Shown here piece after piece: positions 58,963 through 64,000 of a stretch of DNA of 64,000 nucleotides (positions are counted from its first letter, which is position 1; each line of letters opens with the position of its first letter). A program made the translations under genes and the position numbers. The notes below the pieces were generated by a model that was given only the letters and a program-made list of their open reading frames with translations, did not search any database and was not told the origin of the DNA. Origin of the DNA: an uncultured cyanobacterium (GTDB lineage: Bacteria > Cyanobacteriota > Cyanobacteriia > Pseudanabaenales > Pseudanabaenaceae); contig OY969811.1 of the NCBI GenBank assembly GCA_963703315.1, forward strand, positions 3,776,001 to 3,840,000, given 5' to 3'.

Positions 58963-61332
58963 TTATTTTTGTTTGAGAACTAGTAAGGTGATGTCGTCAT
59001 AAATTTTTTGTGTGCCAATATGCGATCGCAAATCTTCTATAACTGCTTGACGAATATTGATGGCTGAGGCATCAACATTTTGACGAATTACTTCACACAG
59101 ACGATCTACACCATATAGTTGTCGTAATTCATTCTCAGCCTCAGTAATACCGTCTGTATAAAGTACCATGACATCACCAGAGTCTAAATCAATTTGTTTT
59201 TGAGATAGAAACTCAGAAATTTCTTCCTCTAGACCAATCGGAAAACCAAGGTCAATTGTATCAAATCGCTCTAGAAATCCATTTTTACGCACCACGATTA
59301 GTTCTTCATGCTGACCACTCAAAGTCAGTTTGCCATGCTCATAATCAATTAGGGATAAAGTCAGGTTCTTGTCTGAAGCCATTCTCTGGACGTTACCATA
59401 AATTGTGCGATTCAATGTATCTAAGAAACGGACAGGATCATTTTCTTCATTTTGCAGCAATGTCCGTACAGCAGTTTGTACCATGATCATCAACATTCCA
59501 CTTTCTAGACCATGCCCTGTGACATCGCCAATCCCTATTTTGATCCGACCATTTTGTTGCAGCACATCGTAATAATCACCACCTACTTCTGCCGCAGGTT
59601 CCATAAATCCTGCAATATCCAATCCTACAATTTCTAAAAGTTCTTTATCCTTAGGCAAGATCATCTGCTGGAGTTTACGAGTTACCTCTAACTCACTACT
59701 CATTCGCAGATTTTCTTGTTTAAGTTGCTTGTTGAGTGCCAAGATCTTTTGATTAGCTTCTTCTAGGGCAAGTTCAGCAGCCTTGCGCTGACTAATATCT
59801 TCAACAGTTCCTTCGTAATAGATTATTCTGCCTTGGTGATCCCGAATGGCACGTACATTCTCACTAATCCAGATGATGGTGCGATCGCGTTTATAAACTT
59901 GCGACTCAAATCCAGTAATAGTGTCATTGTGTTCCATTAGTGCCAGAAACTGCTGACGGCGATCGCGCTCAACATAGATATCAGTCTGGATATCAAAGAC
60001 TTGCTCCAACATTTGCTCTACAGAATCATAGCCATAAATTTTTGCAAGGGCAGGATTAACACTAAGATACTTGCCATCAATGGTCGTTTGAAAGATGCCA
60101 TCTACCGAATTTTCAAAAATACCACGATATTTTTCTTCGGATTCCCTCAGGGCGATCGCAATGCTATTAAAAGATCCTACAACCATCGATAGCTCATCTT
60201 TACTATCCAGCTTGATCGATATTGCTCCGTTGGTAGTCATTTGTTTAGCGGCGATGTCTAATTGATGCACAGTTCGCATCACTGACAAATAGAATCCAAA
60301 AAACAAATAAACAATAGTGATAAAAATAATCGCGACAAATACCAAGATAAATTCTTTGCGATCCTTGAAACTTTGAATGCGATAAACTAACAAGTCATCA
60401 AGGCGATCGATAATTTGTTGCCAGAGGATAAAACTATCTTCTAGAGTACTTTCCATCTCTTGTTGATAAAAGCTGCTAGTAAAAGCCAATTTATTTTCTA
60501 ACTTTACTAGCTCACTAGTATAAGCACTAAACTCACTCACACTGACAAACAAGTTGCGGAGAGGAATACTCAAAGAATTACGCAAATTTTCACGAGGATT
60601 ATTGTTAAAAGCACGTTCTAGATTTGTTGATAGCTCTTGATTGTAAGCATTCAGTAAACTAACTAATGATATTAGTGAGACTTTATTTTGCTCACTAACT
60701 TCCTTTTTAAATACAACCTCTGCTTCTACTTGCATAACCTTATGCAATAACTTTTGCATTTCTGGTAACTTGAGAGCAACAGCATCCATCAGATAGTAAG
60801 TATCTAAATCTGGATCAAGAATTAAATTTGAGTCATCAATTATATGTAGTCGCAATTGATCAAGTTTTTCTAGTAACAAATCATGATTACGAAACTCTAA
60901 AAACTGTTTACTCTCTAACAAACCCTGCCATAAAGATTTAATATCGTTCAGCTTTTCTCCTGTTTGTAAAATTTCACCTAATCGTTGATCGACGTTGGCG
61001 AGCTTTGTAAAGCTTTGGTCGATCTTATTTTGTAAATCTAATAATTTTGCTTGTGGCGGAGGCGATTGACCTAAACTCTGAGCATTCTTATAAAATTGAC
61101 GCTGCAACAGCAACTGTCTACGGGGAATATCTTGCCATAGTTGATTGAGAGGGCGGAGATAGGTGCTGCCATAGAGTTCTTTTTGCGTAAAATTTATACG
61201 GCTATTAAGCTCTGATATCAGTAGATTCATCACTAGTGCTAGTGGCAAAATGAATAGCAAACTGATCAGAAAAAATTTCTGGGGATATTTCAGGCGATTC
61301 ATAAGGGCGATCGCTGGTTTAAATAGCGCCAT
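58963..61332 (-). CDS. Membrane SpoIIE/PP2C family phosphatase (sensor-HAMP-PAS-PP2C)
   Basis: Two TMs, DSNLILDPDLD sensor motif, PAS, EVGGDYYD, GDVTGHG, LYTDGITEA, DDITL. Confidence 0.92.
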   Translation of the reverse strand: MALFKPAIALMNRLKYPQKFFLISLLFILPLALVMNLLISELNSRINFTQKELYGSTYLRPLNQLWQDIPRRQLLLQRQFYKNAQSLGQSPPPQAKLLDLQNKIDQSFTKLANVDQRLGEILQTGEKLNDIKSLWQGLLESKQFLEFRNHDLLLEKLDQLRLHIIDDSNLILDPDLDTYYLMDAVALKLPEMQKLLHKVMQVEAEVVFKKEVSEQNKVSLISLVSLLNAYNQELSTNLERAFNNNPRENLRNSLSIPLRNLFVSVSEFSAYTSELVKLENKLAFTSSFYQQEMESTLEDSFILWQQIIDRLDDLLVYRIQSFKDRKEFILVFVAIIFITIVYLFFGFYLSVMRTVHQLDIAAKQMTTNGAISIKLDSKDELSMVVGSFNSIAIALRESEEKYRGIFENSVDGIFQTTIDGKYLSVNPALAKIYGYDSVEQMLEQVFDIQTDIYVERDRRQQFLALMEHNDTITGFESQVYKRDRTIIWISENVRAIRDHQGRIIYYEGTVEDISQRKAAELALEEANQKILALNKQLKQENLRMSSELEVTRKLQQMILPKDKELLEIVGLDIAGFMEPAAEVGGDYYDVLQQNGRIKIGIGDVTGHGLESGMLMIMVQTAVRTLLQNEENDPVRFLDTLNRTIYGNVQRMASDKNLTLSLIDYEHGKLTLSGQHEELIVVRKNGFLERFDTIDLGFPIGLEEEISEFLSQKQIDLDSGDVMVLYTDGITEAENELRQLYGVDRLCEVIRQNVDASAINIRQAVIEDLRSHIGTQKIYDDITLLVLKQK

Positions 61333-61751
61333 ATTTTATGTGCTTACGATAATTTCTTAGGCTATTTCTTGTCATATCGCAAATTCCTGTATTTTAGCGA
61401 TTTTTTTGCGATAACTGCGATAACTATGTTGCGCTAATTATGTATTAACTGTAATGAGCCATCTTCAATGAGCCATCTTCAAGTTAAAGCATCCAACCAA
61501 AAGAGAGCTGTGGTGCTTTAAATAAGTAGGCTTAAAACCCTAAAAGCTGTGGCGATCGCTGCACGCCATAGCTTTTAGGATTTTAGTTGTTTTGCCCTAG
61601 CATAAACTGTCTAAGCCTACAAAATATTTATGTTTGGTTATAAGAGTTTTTTGGGCATTCTAGTTACAGATTATTTGATAAAGGTCAGTGAAATAAAACC
61701 TATTTAGATCAAGCGATGTAGCAATCTCAATTATGTAGGGAACTTAATTAA

Positions 61752-61799
61752 AGCCTAGACCGTCATAATAAGTTAAATTTAGGTTAAGATTAGGTTAAC
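61752..61799 (-). promoter_or_regulatory. Pho box (SphR/PhoB site, three repeats) with -10-like TAGGCT
   Basis: Minus strand GTTAACCT-AAT-CTTAACCT-AAA-TTTAACTT-N12-TAGGCT; 11-bp period. Confidence 0.7.
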
Positions 61800-61943
61800 T
61801 AAACTTGTCCATGCCTATCAAAATCAAAATAGCTGCCAAAAAAGGTCATGTAATTCGCACTAATGTGCCGTCTCGCCTTTCAGGATTTTAAGGCTACCTA
61901 AAATTTAGTCACCCTGAGTCTCTATCTTTAAGGAGGGAAAATC

Positions 61944-62165
61944 GTGTCCACTACCTCAAAAGTTATGTTTCCCCAGTCTCGTTACTACGGGAAATTCACG
62001 CCAGAGAACTTGATGTTTAACGCGAACTTACAGGAGTTCGCCCATCGGGTCAGTATCATCTGTGCTTTAGAAACTGGTGGTAAGCTTTCCTCCCAAGAAG
62101 CCCACTCTCAAATTGCTGAGTTATGGCAACAGCTAGATCAATCTAAACAGAAACTCGCAATATAA
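61944..62165 (+). CDS. Conserved small cyanobacterial protein
   Basis: YYGKFTPENLMFNANLQEFA..ETGGKLS; AAGGAGG Shine-Dalgarno before the GTG. Confidence 0.85.
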   Translation: MSTTSKVMFPQSRYYGKFTPENLMFNANLQEFAHRVSIICALETGGKLSSQEAHSQIAELWQQLDQSKQKLAI

Positions 62166-62343
62166 AAGAAGGCGGCGCATTGTGCCGCCCGCCTTCTCTC
62201 ATTACATAAAACCAGAAGACGAGTGGCGGCGCTTCGCGCCGTCACTCGCTTTTTGGGTACTAGCTACAGCTATACAATGTATGGATTTGGCAACAATTAG
62301 CTAATTTTTAGTTTAAATTTCGCGCTTAGTGCTAATCTTGTTA

Positions 62344-62441
62344 GTGGCTCGGATCTATGCGATCTTAACGCCCGAATCGTGTCAGGGTCGGAAGACAGCA
62401 GCACTAAGGGATGCTTAGGATAGGCGTAGTACCCGGGCTAC
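62344..62441 (+). ncRNA. ffs: Signal recognition particle RNA (4.5S)
   Basis: Domain IV motif TCAGGGTC-GGAA-GACAGCAGC; terminal helix GTGGCTCGG/CCGGGCTAC followed by a T-run. Confidence 0.93.
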
Positions 62442-62476
62442 TTTTTTAGGTTTAGAAATCGGTTGAGGAGAGATCC

Positions 62477-63676
62477 ATGGGTCGGGCGAAAAAAGTCGTA
62501 CTTGCGTATTCGGGCGGCGTTGATACATCTGTTTGCATTCCTTATCTGAAGCAAGAATGGGGTGTTGAAGAAGTCATTACCCTTGCAGCAGACCTCGGAC
62601 AAGGCGATGAATTAGCACCGATTAAACAGAAGGCTCTAGATTCAGGAGCATCGGTTTCTCTAGTTAGAGATGTCACTAAAGAATTTGTTACAGACTATGC
62701 TTTCCCTGCGATTAAAGCAAATGCCCTGTATGAAAATCGCTATCCACTAACTACAGCTCTAGCACGTCCTCTGATTGCCAAAATCTTAGTAGAAGCTGCC
62801 GAAGAATATGGAGCGGATGCCGTAGCTCATGGATGTACAGGCAAGGGCAACGACCAAGTGAGATTTGATGTGTCGATCGCTGCACTTAACCCTGACATTA
62901 AAGTATTAGCTCCTGCCCGTGAATGGGGTATGAGTCGTGAAGAAACGATCGCCTACGGTGAAAAGTTTGGTATCCCTTCACCTGTCAAGAAATCTTCTCC
63001 CTTCAGCATTGACCGTAACTTGCTCGGACGCAGCATTGAAGCGGGTCCCCTTGAAGATGCTTGGAATGAGCCACCTGAAGAAATTTATGACTTCACTAAG
63101 GCAATTTCGGACACTCCTGATCAGCCTACCTATACGGAAATTGGCTTTGAGAAAGGTCTTCCTGTATCGCTAGATGGTCAAGCCCTTGAGCCAGTAGAAT
63201 TGATTACCCAACTCAATGCGATCGCTGGCGGTAATGGCTATGGACGCATCGATATGGTCGAAAATCGTCTTGTGGGGATCAAGTCCCGCGAGATCTATGA
63301 AGCACCTGCGATGTTGGTGTTGATCCATGCTCACCGAGATCTCGAAAGCCTTGCATTGCCTTCTGACCTCGCCCAGTACAAGCGCAGTGTCGAAGAAACC
63401 TACGGCAAGATCATTTACAACGGCTTGTGGTACAGCCCCCTTAAAACTGCCCTTGATGCTTTTATCGATAAGAGTCAAGAACGAGTCACAGGCGTAGTTC
63501 GTGTCAAGTTCCATAAGGGCAATGCTACTATTGTCGGTCGTAAATCGGTGAACTCCCTCTACGATGAAGAGCTAGCCACCTACACCAGCGCTGACCAGTT
63601 CGACCATAAAGCGGCTGAAGGCTTTATCTATGTCTGGGGTCTACCAATCCGTGTATGGGCGCAGAAAAACAGATAA
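62477..63676 (+). CDS. argG: Argininosuccinate synthase
   Basis: [38 protein letters not shown]. Confidence 0.98.
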   Translation: MGRAKKVVLAYSGGVDTSVCIPYLKQEWGVEEVITLAADLGQGDELAPIKQKALDSGASVSLVRDVTKEFVTDYAFPAIKANALYENRYPLTTALARPLIAKILVEAAEEYGADAVAHGCTGKGNDQVRFDVSIAALNPDIKVLAPAREWGMSREETIAYGEKFGIPSPVKKSSPFSIDRNLLGRSIEAGPLEDAWNEPPEEIYDFTKAISDTPDQPTYTEIGFEKGLPVSLDGQALEPVELITQLNAIAGGNGYGRIDMVENRLVGIKSREIYEAPAMLVLIHAHRDLESLALPSDLAQYKRSVEETYGKIIYNGLWYSPLKTALDAFIDKSQERVTGVVRVKFHKGNATIVGRKSVNSLYDEELATYTSADQFDHKAAEGFIYVWGLPIRVWAQKNR

Positions 63677-63711
63677 ACTAAAAAGGAGCGCTAAGCGCTC
63701 CTTTTTAGTTT
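63675..63711 (+). terminator. Hairpin terminator after argG
   Basis: AAACTAAAAAGGAGCGC-TAA-GCGCTCCTTTTTAGTTT. Confidence 0.7.
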
Positions 63712-63723
63712 GTTGAGCAATAT

Positions 63724-64000
63724 ATGTCAAGAGTCCCTTTACCCGAAGAGCGCATTCTGTTTAAAGGTCATCCTGCTGTGATTGGTAGTGTGACTAGGTT
63801 GCTAATTTCCGTGTTTACTTTAGGGCTTGGGGCGGTTTGGTTTTGGCTAAAATCGATTAATACACAGTATTTAATTACTTCGCAACGGATTGTGATCGAA
63901 ACTGGCATCTTTTCCAGAGAGATCGAAACCCTAGAAATTTATCAAGTCGATGACATTCAGCTAGACAAACCATTAAATCAGCGTCTTATGGGAACTGGCA
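63724..64000 (+). CDS. Bacterial PH domain (bPH_2-like) membrane protein, 3' end outside window
   Basis: Read manually (absent from ORF track): MSRVPLPEERILFKGHP..TM..YLITSQRIVIETGIFSREIETLEIYQVDDI..NQRLMGTG. Confidence 0.8.
   Translation, partial: MSRVPLPEERILFKGHPAVIGSVTRLLISVFTLGLGAVWFWLKSINTQYLITSQRIVIETGIFSREIETLEIYQVDDIQLDKPLNQRLMGTG

Larger units (their letters stand above)
1..64000. repeat. HIP1 octamer GCGATCGC dispersed throughout
   Basis: Many copies, e.g. 2391, 18901, 21681, 29476; hallmark of cyanobacterial genomes. Confidence 0.95.

Noticed and set aside
61850..61943. Riboswitch upstream of the 73-aa gene
   Set aside because: No recognisable conserved aptamer motif by eye; an Rfam search would be needed

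Overview
Cyanobacterial chromosome segment, probably Pseudanabaena-like (inferred from dense HIP1 GCGATCGC octamers, GCGC-NNN-GCGC intergenic hairpins, and ebsA/cytM/Uma2/XisI genes). Housekeeping genes: glmU (partial), hslO, mtnP, hemE, cytM, rph, rnc, the SRP RNA ffs and argG. The main accessory block (about 17.7-36.2 kb) holds a divergent sigma-70-like factor, a DUF1822 protein, a membrane CHAT-CHASE2 protein, a DUF928-like protein, a two-partner-secretion pair whose TpsA-CHAT fusion is split by a 1-nt frameshift at C-tracts, a ricin-lectin/M23 peptidase and a PilB/GspE paralogue. A bipartite motif TGCA-N16/17-(A/T)CAGAA(T/G) sits upstream of the sigma operon and of three oppositely oriented neighbouring genes, suggesting a protease-controlled sigma regulon. 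Other notable items: an integrase-less integron-like cassette (attI-like site, ORF, REP-interrupted attC, toxin-antitoxin pair) after glmU; a four-gene operon ending in a GH19 enzyme with four 59-aa repeats; a pilin-glycosylation locus with a double-GT41 protein; and a triple Pho box. All family assignments come from motifs read by eye, with no database searches.
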